Shown piece after piece: positions 21,906-34,100 of a stretch of 64,000 nt of DNA. How positions within the stretch are numbered: the first letter of the stretch is position 1; each line of letters opens with the position of its first letter. The notes below the pieces were generated by a model. It searched no databases. It was not told the DNA's origin and saw only the letters and a list, made by a program, of their open reading frames with translations. Both the position numbers and the translations under genes were made by a program. This stretch comes from Lama guanicoe (Eukaryota). The stretch covers positions 124,001 to 188,000 of the forward strand of contig MU054032.1 of the NCBI GenBank assembly GCA_013239625.1, given 5' to 3'.

Positions 21906-23523
21906 ATTAAAAAATTAAAAGCCCAGCCCTAGGCCGTGAGCTTGAGAGCTCCCCCTACAGTTCCCCTGCCACCACTGTCACCAAACTGTCCCTCACTCCT
22001 CTCCCCTTTCTCCAACTACTCACCCATGCTATGAACTGTCAGAAATGAACAGTTAGGGGAAAAATATCATGAGTGTAACCCAAGAGCACCATAAAAAAAA
22101 TCCCACAGTGCCGTTAGCTACTACAGAAACAACGTCAGGCTCTCCATCACTCGCCCTGCCCCAACCTGCCCAAAACAGAAGCACTAGCAGAATCTATTAA
22201 GTGGATTCACACAGGAGAACCCACAAAAGGGAACTACAGAATTTTAAAACAAAACAAAGCAAAATCACAGCCATTTAGACATTTAAATACAAAGAAAGTA
22301 GACAGAACCAGGAGTTCTGGGAGGCAGAGGAGGGGCGGCAGTGAAATCAACAGCTTATACATGTGAAAGGCCCTCATTTCACTAAACTAGCAAAACCAGG
22401 CTCTCCCAAATTACTGTTAATTAAATGAACAGGATTCTTGATTTTTCTCTTTTTCTTTGAGGCCACTGACAAGAAATCTATGGTGTGCTGTCTTTGACTA
22501 AGGGCTAGAGACTCAGCAACAAGAACTACGTGCCCAGCCAAATCCGTCCAGAGGATTACTGGGCTAGGGCTGTTTTCCATTAGATAAACCCTTCCTGAGG
22601 CCGGAAGCACCCATGAGAAAACCAATAGTGGCACTTCTGTCCGTTGCACTTTGTATCCCATGCACTTCCCCCCACTCCCTTACCTCCAGGGATACACAAA
22701 AGGACATTCTAGGGGTCGGAAGCGCTGGCACTCTCACCCCTGGGGTGGGTGGAGGGGAGGGGAAGCTGGGCCCAAGCTCTCTGCACAACAACTGACACTG
22801 CAGCTTCGTGCCCCTCAGTACCATCTCATTCCTCCCCCAGAGTCAGCTTAATGAACACCTGTTTCTCCATTCGCCATCACTGGGCTTTCTGACTGACCGG
22901 AGAAAAGGCACCGACCTTGAAGTGAGCAGGACTCTCCTTTCAGTGCAGAAGGGAGTGATTGGAAAGAGACAGGTGCAGGATCTTACTTCCTAGAAGGTGG
23001 ACAAAGGCATCCTCCTGTCTGTCTCCATGTGCACAGATGCAGGGCTTGCAGAAGGAGATGGAGTTGAAGAGCAAAATATAGCCCTTTTTGAAGGACTCCT
23101 GACCTTGTAATAGTGATATGGGATTTGCTGCCCTTTTCTGTTCTAGCTCCCTGTTGTCCTTCTACAAGAAGGAAAATTATTTTTGATATCCTAGTTCCCC
23201 GGAAAAGGGACCCAAAGACACCAGGGCCGGGCAGGTTGCTCTGGACAGTTCCGGCCAGCTTTGTCCTTTCCCAGCTACACAGCACACACACAGAACAGTC
23301 CCCACCTGTGTGCTTATGGCATGTGCACGGTGGCATAAGCCTTTCAAGGACAACTTTGCTGTATGCAGAGATGCCAAAGATCAAAGGCTGGGGACAATTC
23401 AAGGGCCTCAGTTCTGTCCCTCTCAACTAGCTGGATGAGCATCAAAAGGCACTGTGTGTCAGGGCTGGGGTGGGAACTTACCAAGTCCTCTGGTACAGGA
23501 GGCAGGGACAATATCGTCTACAT

Positions 23524-23750
23524 CAGAGTTTCTCAGCCTTGGCACCAGCTGACATCTCAAGCCAGATCATTCTTTGTTGGGGCAGCTGGGGCTGTAATGT
23601 GCCCTGGAGGGTGCTCAGGAGCGTCCGTGGTCTCTCGCCACAAGATGCCAGTAGCACACAGTCCCCACTCCCAGGCATGACAATCAAAAAAGTCTCCAGA
23701 GACTGCTAAATGGCTTCTAGGGGACAAAACCGACTCCTTGAGAACCACTG
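23524..23750 (-). mobile_element. MER20 hAT-Charlie MITE inside the RBMS2 3' UTR
   Basis: cagagtttctcagccttggcac...agatgccagtagca...gtctccagagactgctaaatg...ttgagaaccactg. Confidence 0.85.
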
Positions 23751-25076
23751 ATCTTGAGGTGAAGCAGCTGATCATCGACGGTGGAGAAGGAACCTGCATG
23801 GATTCAGCAAGGTCACAAATGCGAGGGCTCTGAGCACAGGATGTGCAATAGGGAAGAGAGAGGCCCTGAGACCCAGGGCAGAAAAGAAGATGCTCCAGGA
23901 AGCAGAAAAGCAGATATTCCAAAAAAGCTGTTCCCAGAGAACACACTCCCTCAGAAGGTGTTGGCCTCGGCAGTGAGAAGAATTAGTAAGAAGTCAGTAG
24001 GTCCATCCCTCTGGAACTTGCCAGGGAAAACCTAGTCTTTATCCAAATTTAGATCAAGGATGACTTCCAACGGCTGTGGAACTGTCTCCACAGTGAGCCT
24101 AGCTCGCACTTCTGCTTCCTGAAGGCAAAGTCTAGTCTTTCCTCTCAGGATGTGGCAGGGCAGAGGGAGGAAAAGCCACTTCCACTGCCTGCTTAGTGAT
24201 CCACCTTGTTCCTTGCCTAGCCCCCTGCCCCCAAATCCCATATGAAATTTCATTCAAAAGGGAAATTTAAACAAACAAAATTAAAAACTGTAAAGAGGCA
24301 AAGTAGGCAGGCTCTGTTACATGGAAAAGAGAAAAAAAACAATTCAGATGAGAGAAAGAAGGCATAAAATGTGTGTGAAGGAGAGATGGGATGTGTAATC
24401 TAAGAGCTTTATAAAACAAAACTTTAAGTCTGCATATTTTCTTACACACACACCCAAAATAGTCCATAACTAAACTCGGTAAGAAGGGCCCACAGTAAGA
24501 CTCCTTCATCAATGTTCTAGCACCACACCTTTCTTTTTCCTTTTAAGAAAAGAATTTTTTTTAAAAAGCCTTCCCAAGTAAGTCCAACACATCAAAATTG
24601 TTTTTCATAAAGATGAGAAGAAGCTCCAGGCACCATGTCTCTTTGGAGTAGGGAAAGAGAATACTGCAGTTTAAAACAAAACATAAAACTTTCTTCACAA
24701 AAGAGAAAAAGTTTTTGATCTCCTTGACTGTTGCACACACAAAAAGTGACCTTTCTCCCAGTCTCCGTCAGGACAGGAGGAAGAGCAGAGGGTAGAAGTG
24801 CAGAGATTTCTTTCTCCAGGCCCAGGCCTGCGACAAATGACGGCCGAACGTTAGTCTTCAGCAGGGCCCACACGGGGCTGCAATCCTGGGTAGCCCTCTG
24901 CCGTCCTGAGAATCTGCATCTCCAAGAATTCCCTTGTAATCAACAAAGACAGGGAGGGAAATCCTAAAGGAGGCGTGAGCCAGAGAGGGTAGAGAGGGGG
25001 AGCAACAAGCATGAGCGCCTTCCTGATTTCAGGCTGCTCCGCCCACCCTGCCCTCGGCATGAGGTTCTTACCGCTG

Positions 25077-25157
25077 TTACTTGTTGAACTGGAAAGAATA
25101 GACCCCGTGGTCTGAGGAGGCTTCCACCGTCACCTGATTTTGCTGGCCGCCGCTCTC
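25077..25157 (-). CDS. RBMS2: RBMS2 exon 13 coding part (TAA at 25079-25077; exon continues to 25072)
   Basis: [26 protein letters not shown]; donor GTAAGA 5 nt after the stop. Confidence 0.94.
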   Translation of the reverse strand, partial: ESGGQQNQVTVEASSDHGVYSFQFNK

Positions 25158-28100
25158 CTGTACCACAGCCAGGGCGAAGAGAGTCACCCTGTGCATCCTT
25201 TCCTCACCTCCCCCTGAAGCAGCCTAGCTAAAGCCCGGACTAGAGTGCCCTCCCCGACCCACCCACTCCCGCCCACCTGTGAGTGCACACAGATGCACGT
25301 GTATCCACACACACAGCATCACTTCCCCAATATTTAGACACACCAGTCAATACAAGCCAGCATCCTGGCCAAATGAGAGGAAGGGCCTCATTCAAAGACA
25401 CAGACAGTCTTTCCTTCCTACATTCTTCACATACCTACCAGCTATTTGTGAACACAGAATCAGCAACCTTGTGAGAGGAAGATCTTGATCAGGGGCAAGT
25501 CTGCCTGTTCGCTTTCCTATCCTCGATCCAAAGAGACTAGAAAGCTCTTACCTCAACTGAAACACTGGAAGAAGGCACAGGGGTGTACTGGGAGATGTAC
25601 GCTCCTTGCATCGCCGCGGCTGCTGGCATGTACTAGAATGAGAAAGATCAGCAGGCGTAGTGGTGATTCTCGGCTACACTTAAAGCGCCTGGGGAGTTTT
25701 AAAAACGACAAATGCCTGTGTTCCATCCCCAGATATTCTAATTTAATTAGAAGTGCTTTTTAAAAGCACTTCAGGTGATTCTAAAGTACACTGGCTTAGA
25801 GAGACTTCCACCTGTAAGACTACCTTTCGTCTTCTTTCCAGTTCCTGCTTTTTCTCAATGCACTGCCTTCTCTGCTTCAAGCCCCCCGTACACATCAGAA
25901 TGCACCCCACCCACAAGAGCCCTAACAAGCTTCACCCACTCTTCTTGTTGCTATTTGATAAGGACTTGTAAGAAACGTGTATGAACTCCTAGACAAGCTA
26001 GTATGTAGACAAACATTATGCATGTAGTTTCATGAGGAAGAATCAGTTAAAAGGAACGAGCTGGAGAGCAGAATGGCTGCACTCCTGGCTCATGGATTAT
26101 TACCTTTTCAGTTTCTCTCCTGTCCTGAGTGTGCCCTCAATGACACTGAAGTGAGTCCCACCCTTATTCAAGAGTATTTATACCAAAGAGTATTACATAG
26201 CTATTTCTTGCTTGGTGGGAGCTTATAACCAGAAACATCCCGCTTTACCGCGCCCGTGCTGCTGAGGGAGAGGTGGCCCAGCTGCTGGGTGAGAGGCCCC
26301 ATCATGGAGGCAGGCTGGAGAGGAATTGGATGGTCCATTCCCGGTGTCAGAACTGAACCCTAGAAGCAGCAGCAAAGGACAAGGTTGGGTGGCAGCATCC
26401 TGTAAGGCTGCCTGAAGCAGTGGTTCATGGCTACCAGAACCATTGACAACAGACATTCAAATATCCTGGGAAACAACAGGCAAGCGACAACCCAGCTATG
26501 CAACAGGAACAGGCACTCTGCCCATCCGTCTGGAGGAATCCTTGTCTAATAGCAAACTCACAGAATTTCAGGCCATACACCTGGGCTATACAAGAGACTG
26601 AGCCAGAACTCACACCCGCATCTCCTGTCATCAAACCCCACTGTTTCTCTTTACATCAAACCGCCTCTTTGGCTTTTGCCCACTTCTGAACACTCACTGA
26701 AGGCTGCATGAGGTATGACTGGTGATGCATCCAAGACGGGTTAGGTACTTGTAGAGGAGATGTCTGAGTTACTCTCTAATGCAAGCAAAAATAAACAAAA
26801 ATGTTAATTGCCTAGAAACTACTGTTTCACCCAATGATCTGATAATGCTCACCAAACCCAAAAGAAGTTGGAGTGCCCCCTCAGAAAACAGAAATATTAA
26901 GAATAAACTGTTTTAAAATATTAGCAACTCTCATACCTCAAATAACTCAATTTAAAAGTGGGTGAGAATTTGAATAATTTCTCTAAGAAGATACACAAAC
27001 GGCCAATAAGCAAGAAGAGGCTCAACATTATCAGTCAACAGGGAAATGCGAATCAAAACCACAATGAGATACCACTTCATACCCACTAGGATGGCTGTAA
27101 CTAAAAAGGAGTAGAATAACAAACATTCTACACTGTGAGTGGGAACGTAAAATGGTGCAGAGGCTTTGGAAAAGTGTGGCAGTTCCTCAGAAAGTTAAAC
27201 ACAGGGTCACTATGGAAGCCAGCAATTCCACCTCTAGGTATATACGCTAGAGAAATGGAAACATATGTCCTCACAAAAACTGTGCACAAATGTTGATAGT
27301 AGCATTGTTCATAATAGCCAAAAGGTGGGAACAACTCAAATGGCCATCAACAGATAAATGGAGAATAAAATGTGATATACTCATACAATGGAATATGACT
27401 TCATCATAAAAAATAATGAAGTACTGATACACGCTACAACATGGATAAACTTTAAAAATATGCTAAGTGAAAGAAGTCAGATACAAAAGACATATATTGT
27501 GTGCTTCCATTTATATGAAATGTCCAGAACAGGTAAACCTATAGACAGAGAAAGTGTACTTTCTATGCGGGTGATAAGGGAGAATGGGGCATGACTTCTA
27601 ATGAGCAGAGTTTCCTTCTGAAGTGATGAAAACGTTCTGGAAGTAGATGTTGGCGACAGTTGCATAACTATAAATATGCTAAAAACTACTGACTTGTCCA
27701 CTTTAAGAGGGTAAATTTTATGGTATATAAATTATATCTCAATTTTTAAATGAATAAAAAAAAGCAACAAAAAGCTAGAAATGCATCTCGATAAACAGGT
27801 AGGGTTTATTCCATAAACGTAAGGACTCAAGATCAGAAACTCTATAAACATAAGTCAAAATTGAAGGAAAAGCTATAGTGTAATACGAGATGCTGAAAAG
27901 ACATTTTATAAAATTCTCAGCAGCCGTTTATTTTTTTAAAAATCACAAAAGTAAAATAGGGGACTATAAACTACTTACATATATTAAAGGCTATTACCAA
28001 AAATTAGCTGCTAACATTAACTCAAACAGAGAAATATTAAAACCATTGCAATTACGTAATTCTCAGTGTATCAATCAGCATCTAGAAATGTTTATAAAAA

Positions 28101-31100
28101 TCACAGAACACTTAGGAAGACATTTAACAAAAAAAGCATAAGACCTACATAAGCAAAACTAAAATCTTATTGAAGAACATAAAAGTTTGAAAACATGAAA
28201 AGAAATGTATTTTGGGTGAAAAGACTTAGTATTTTTTAAAAAGCCAATTCTCTTAAACTAATAAACAGGTTTAATGTAATTCCAATTAAAATCCTCCCTC
28301 ACAGATTTTTAAAAGTTAGATAAAACAATCATAAACTTTATACAGAAGAATAAATGCCAAAAAATAGCAAAGTATAAAAAAGAAAGAGTGGATAAGCGGG
28401 TTCTGTCTTACCAGATCCTAGAACATATTATGAAAGCCCCTGTAATCAAACCAATATGCCGAAATAGGAACAGATACAATTATCACTGGAGGAGAATAAA
28501 AGATACAGAAATAAATTCTAGTATGTATTATATAACAAAGGTGGCATTTCAATTCAGTGGGAAAATGATGGGTCACTTAATAATCTGGTACTAGGACAAC
28601 TGGTGAGCATTTTGATGGAGATGCAATAGGACTCCTATCTTATGTCACACACAAAAACAAATTCCTGGTGATCACACATTTAAAGATATAACACTGAAAT
28701 AAATCTTGGAGACCATATGTACAATATAGGGACTGGGAAGACCTTTTAAATTAAGACAAGAAATTCCAAAGCTGTAAGTGAAAAAGCAGACATTTGACTA
28801 TATTCAAATTTTAAACTTTTCCATGGCAAAAATTAGTAATTCCCAAAGTATGGTCCCTGGACCAGCAGCAGAAGCAGCATCGCATCTGGGAATGTCAGAA
28901 ATACAGATTTTTCACCCTAGATTTACTGAATCAAATTCTTGGCGTGGTACCCTACAAAGTATAGGTTTAATATGCTTTTCAAGTGATTCTCATGCACACC
29001 TGAAGTCTCCGGACCACAGTCAATGGAAAAAAGTTAAATATGGGAAAAAATGCTTGTTACAAAGGTAACATTCAGAGGATTAATACTTATAATATTGATA
29101 GTTTTTATACATTGATGGGAAAAGAACAAATAACCAAACAGAAAAATGGGCCAACAGTATGAAAAGCAATCAGAGAAGAGCAAATCAAAATTTGATAACA
29201 ACAACAAAAAAGCTTAAACTCAGCTACAGTCAGGGAAGTGCAAATTAAAGTAACAATGTACTTTACATCCATCAAGATAGGAAAGGGGGGGAGGGTATAG
29301 CTCAAGTGGTAGAGCGCTTGCTTAGCATGCATGAGGTCCTGGGTTCAAGCCCCAGTACCTCCTCTAAAAATAAATAAACCTAGTTACCTTCCCCCCACCA
29401 AAATAAAAAAAAAAAAAGATAGGAAAAATTTTAAAAGAGCAATGTCACCTCTGGCTGGAGAGACCTGGGTACTGTCAGACGTTGCTAATGGAAATGTGGA
29501 TTGAAACAGCCTTTGTGGAAAGCAATCTGGCAACATCTATAAAACTGAAAGTCTGTGTGTGATTCAACCTAGTAACCCCACCTCTCAGATTCTAGCCCCC
29601 AGAAACAAAAGCACTCATATGTAAGGATATAGGCAAAAGAATGTTTACTACAGCATTATTTTACCAGAAAAAAAGACTGAAATCCAAATGAATGCCCTTC
29701 ACGGGGTATAGCTAAAGAATTCTGGTATATATGCAGCACAAAATATAACATGATTATTAAAAAAAGAAATAATTAGAACAGAGGGTCTGAACATTAGCTG
29801 CATGAGAACTACCTGGAGGGCTTGTTAAAACTCAGACTGCTGGGACCTGTCCCCAGAGTTCCTAATTCAGTAGGTCTGGGGTGTGGTCCGAGAATTTGTG
29901 TTTCTAAAAATTCCCAGGTGGCGCTGATACTGCTGGTCCAGGGACCACACTTTGAGAATTGTTAATTTGAGCTACTGTTAAGTGAGAAGAGTGAAACGTA
30001 AAAAAAACATATTTAACATGGTCGAATTTTTGTGACACTAACAATGACTTCCAAAACCCTATACATCTGTGTACATGTCCATGATGAGAAATATGGAGAC
30101 TAGTGGAAATTAACATGGGTGCATTTATGGAAGCAGGGGACAGAGTGAAAGGCTGCTTCTGCATATATTCTACATATATGTAATATGATGACATGCTACG
30201 TGCTTATGTAAAATTATTTGTGTATAATATGCATAAAGGGAAAAAAATCGTTTCCAGCCCTATACTCCTTCACCTAACACGCAATGATAGGGAAAACCCC
30301 CATAACCTCTTCTGGGCATGAACATACCTGATATGAAGACGCAGGAGATGCAAGATATGGGGGCAGTGCAGACTGAGCAAGCATCCTGTTGGGGGTGATG
30401 TTGTAAGGAGCAGGGTAGAACCTGTAGGAAGGGACCTCATCAGTGAAGAGTCACAGGGAACTACAAGGCCAGGCCCCACTGACAGACACAGCCACTTCCC
30501 ACTAACTGCCGTTTGAAAATTAAGACGAAGCATCCGAGTGCCTGGACACAGGCTGTTGTCATTTTCAGGTGGCCTCTTTATATAAAACACCCTTACCCAT
30601 TCTGAAGAGCTGTGGTGGGGTCATAGGTCAAGGCCATACCGCCCTACAAGAAAGAGCACAGCAGCATATTGTGAGCCCTTAGGTGAGAACAGGAGCAAGC
30701 CCAGAACATCAAGGCTGGGGAGGTATTTGGTTCAACTGATTAAGGTGAGGTCTGGACAAGTCGCACTACAGCTGTTCGAGTTTTTCTGGTTGTTCAGGCT
30801 GCAAAATCCCACTCAAGACACACACTGAAGAGCACGCTAAGCAGCCAGCATCTCTCGGTTACACACTGCAGCTCTCAAGCTGCCACCTAAGCTCACAGAC
30901 ATCACGCCATGGTAACTTCCACTCCACTTCAATGTCCTTAGTATTCCTTTCCCTCCCAGAGGGCCTCTTACCATGTCTCCATTCCTTGGCCAGGCCCGTC
31001 CATTTTGCACAAATTTTCCTTGATTCTGTCGTTTCTTTGGACCACCATCAGCAAATTTGCAAAGCAAGGGATCAGATGGGGCTGCCAAGAGAGAAAGCGG

Positions 31101-34100
31101 ACAGGCAGCTGAGCCCCACCTCAGTTCACTCACTCACGCAAAAATCCTCCGGAAGCTCCTCAGGAAGCAATAACCTGTGGCCCTCTCAGCCTGATTCCCA
31201 AAGGCCTCACCTGGGACTCCAGGGGGTGTCTTAATATATTTTCCATTAAAGTGGGTGATGATGGCTTCACACTTCTCTGTGGACTCCATCCTGAGGAGCA
31301 CAAGAGGGGTTAGGCTCTAGCTTCTGCAGGATCTGTACTCTCCCTACATTCAAAGAGAAAGCTCTAAGTTCCCAGCCCCACAAATGCTCCAAATGTTGTC
31401 ACTATAGAAACAAAGAGTTTCCTCCACACAGATTCAAGGTATCTTGAAGAGGGAACCCCAGCTTCTAACGAAGCCTGTAAGGTTTTTTTCCAACTGGCGC
31501 TTGTAGGGGTCCTGAAAGGAATAACAGAGGTCTTCAAGCCACGCCTGTTCCAAAGAAGATCCTGCGGGATGGGCTTAGTACTGTTTCTGGGTCCATAAAT
31601 AAGAATACAATAAATAGTGGCCGTTCCCATTGTTTTTTTTACTACAGAATTCCTAACAGAAATTGCTCATTCACTCTGATAAAACTGCACAAGCTAAGAA
31701 TTTGCCAATATTTTATTTTTTGCTTCTGGTTATAATTATCAAGGTCTAATTAGCTACTGGCAACATCATTAAGATTTCGTGAGTCTGTAGGAGGAAAGAG
31801 TATTAAGACAGGGTTTATGGTCCATCGTGATAGGAAAAAAAAATGTTGGGAACTACTGAGTTCAAGTGTCTTTTTTGGGGAAAGAGGACTGAGTAAGTAA
31901 TCAGAAAATCTGGATTCCAGTGTCAGCTAACCACCCAAAGGCATTGTGAGTCAGAACATCCTCGAGAACCCCTAGGACTCACTCATTTCCACTCCAAACA
32001 TCCATCTACCTTACTACTATCTATGCAGATCAAATGAGATCATGTATATAAAAGTGTTCTAAAAACCATGAGGGTCTATCTAATGCAGGGTACAGTATCT
32101 TCCCTTCTTTCCATATTTAAAGTAAGTCTCAGTATATTTTCTATGCCAGTAACTACTAAAAATATGAAGCATTCCTACAAAGGCAGTTACCCAAAAAACA
32201 TAACCTCAGATGGAACCTTTTAAAGAAAAACATGTTAGATGTCCTAGAGCAAGTAGCCTTCAGTTGGGTTACTCCTACTCCTTAGTCTTTCAAAAGGGTG
32301 AGCAGGCAAGGAAAGGTTTTAAGAAAATCACTTTCGGAACCTCAACTTCCTCATAAACTCTCTCTTATAACTGATCTGCCCGAGGGAGAGCTCAGATCAC
32401 TCGTGATCAGGGTTAAAGTTCCCTTTCACAACCTCTCTGCTCAATCTGCTTCACACTTGTCCCAAAGCTCAACACACGGCACTAATGACTGAGGTACAAA
32501 TCTTTCTGTAAGTCAGATGTTTCAATTTTCCCTTCCGACAAAGCTAGAGGACTCAACAAGTTGTTAACTGGCACACAACAAAAGTCAATTCTGATGCTTT
32601 ATCACCCTGGTTCTTGGCATATAATTCAGAAGGGATTCAAAGAATTTCTATTTTAGCAAAATTCTTTCCATCTCCATTTACTTATTTATGTGAACAAGGT
32701 TTCTCAGCATGAAAGCAAAACAGAAGAACAGAACCGATATTAAACCCCATCTTGTTACAGTAGTAAACAATATTCACTGATGGCTATATGACCTAATTAT
32801 AAAAATCAAAAAGGAGCATTTCCAATAAAATTTACCTAATATAAAATAAATTCGTATCAAGATTTTAACATATTTATGTTCTTTGGGGTAACTGTGAACC
32901 AATTATAAAGATAATTTTCTTATGGATTAATGCATACAGACTCAGGGCCACAGAATAAAATTTAATTTATATACATATGTTTGTTGCAGAGAAGCATAAC
33001 AGAATGGTCCATAGAAATGCTTTCAACTATAAAAAACATTTTACACTCTAACACAATTCTGTAGAGAAATGAAATGGAAATACAAGATCAAGAAGAAAAA
33101 AAGATGATGCTGTAAGAATGATGTAAGAGTTATGAGTACTAGAAAAGAAACATGTAAAAGATTTCATAGTTTTTCAAGCCTACAAAGCCATGTTCCCAAA
33201 CTGGACTTTGAGGTGCCCTGGGCCACTGCAAGGAGCTCAGAGAGGCTCAGCAAGGGATATTTTAACTTTCTGAGGAAAACACAGCAAAAGCTATTGGATC
33301 TCTACTATAAGGACTACTACCTCTAAATAGTTCATCATTTCAACATTAGATTACCCTACACTCTTTCAGATAATGTGTTTTTGCAAAGCTGGTTTTTCAA
33401 CAGTTGCTATGACAAAAGCAAGTACCACAAGAAAACCAATGTAAACCAACGTACAACAGGAAAAGGGTGTAAGTGTCCCGTCTGATTCTAAATGTTTGAG
33501 AAGCTGTGCAGTGTCCAACAGGCGCACATCGCACTAGTAAGTAGAGCTATTTAATCATGAAATAAAAAATACTTTCTTCTTCAATGTATTTTTCAAATAG
33601 CTACAAAACTGTTAGGGTAATAAACACTTTTTGAGTTGTTTAGACCATTTAATTACTTAATAAATTGAACTGTGAAGTATTTCTTTTGGTCTAGGGCCAA
33701 AAAAAATTATTAGGACAACTAAGGTACCATTAGCTGGAACATCTGCTTTAAGAGAGTACAGGAGCAAAACAAGTTTTGATGAACACAAGCCTAGAAACCT
33801 TTTCCCTTTGGTTATACTTGGGGTTGCCAGCAGGTGGTGCTACCAAGACTGAGTTGGCAAGGGAAGAGGACCTACCCCTGGCTCCCAAGGTCTGAAAGAC
33901 TCCAGAGTAAGGGTGTATTCTCGGACCAGACAATATATTACAAAGCAAAAAGGGAACTTCAGATCACTTGGTCTAGTAGTTTTTAAACTTTTTAGAAAAG
34001 TGACAGAATCTCCTTTTAAGCAAATCTTAAAATAAATAAAAGCAGAACCACTCCCTAAGTGGGCTACGACAGTGACACCAAAGCTCAGAAGACGGCATCC

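Larger units (their letters stand above)
19605..24963 (-). other. RBMS2: RBMS2 terminal non-coding exon / long 3' UTR (distal end approximate)
   Basis: Minus-strand polypyrimidine tract and tttAG acceptor at 24964-24965; minus-strand AATAAA at 19622-19627. Confidence 0.6.
27780..29775 (+). mobile_element. Highly decayed LINE-1 (L1ME-like) ORF2 segment interrupted by MER5A and a SINE
   Basis: A-rich strand bias with degraded L1 motifs (cagaaataaattc, ggacaactgg, gaagtgcaaattaaagtaacaatg, aaagcaatctggcaacatcta). Confidence 0.7.

Noticed and set aside
29291..29365. Possible genuine tRNA-Ala(AGC) gene (also at 45140, 51875, 57135)
   Set aside because: Mismatches in the acceptor and anticodon stems, A-rich tails and target-site duplications identify these as SINE copies.
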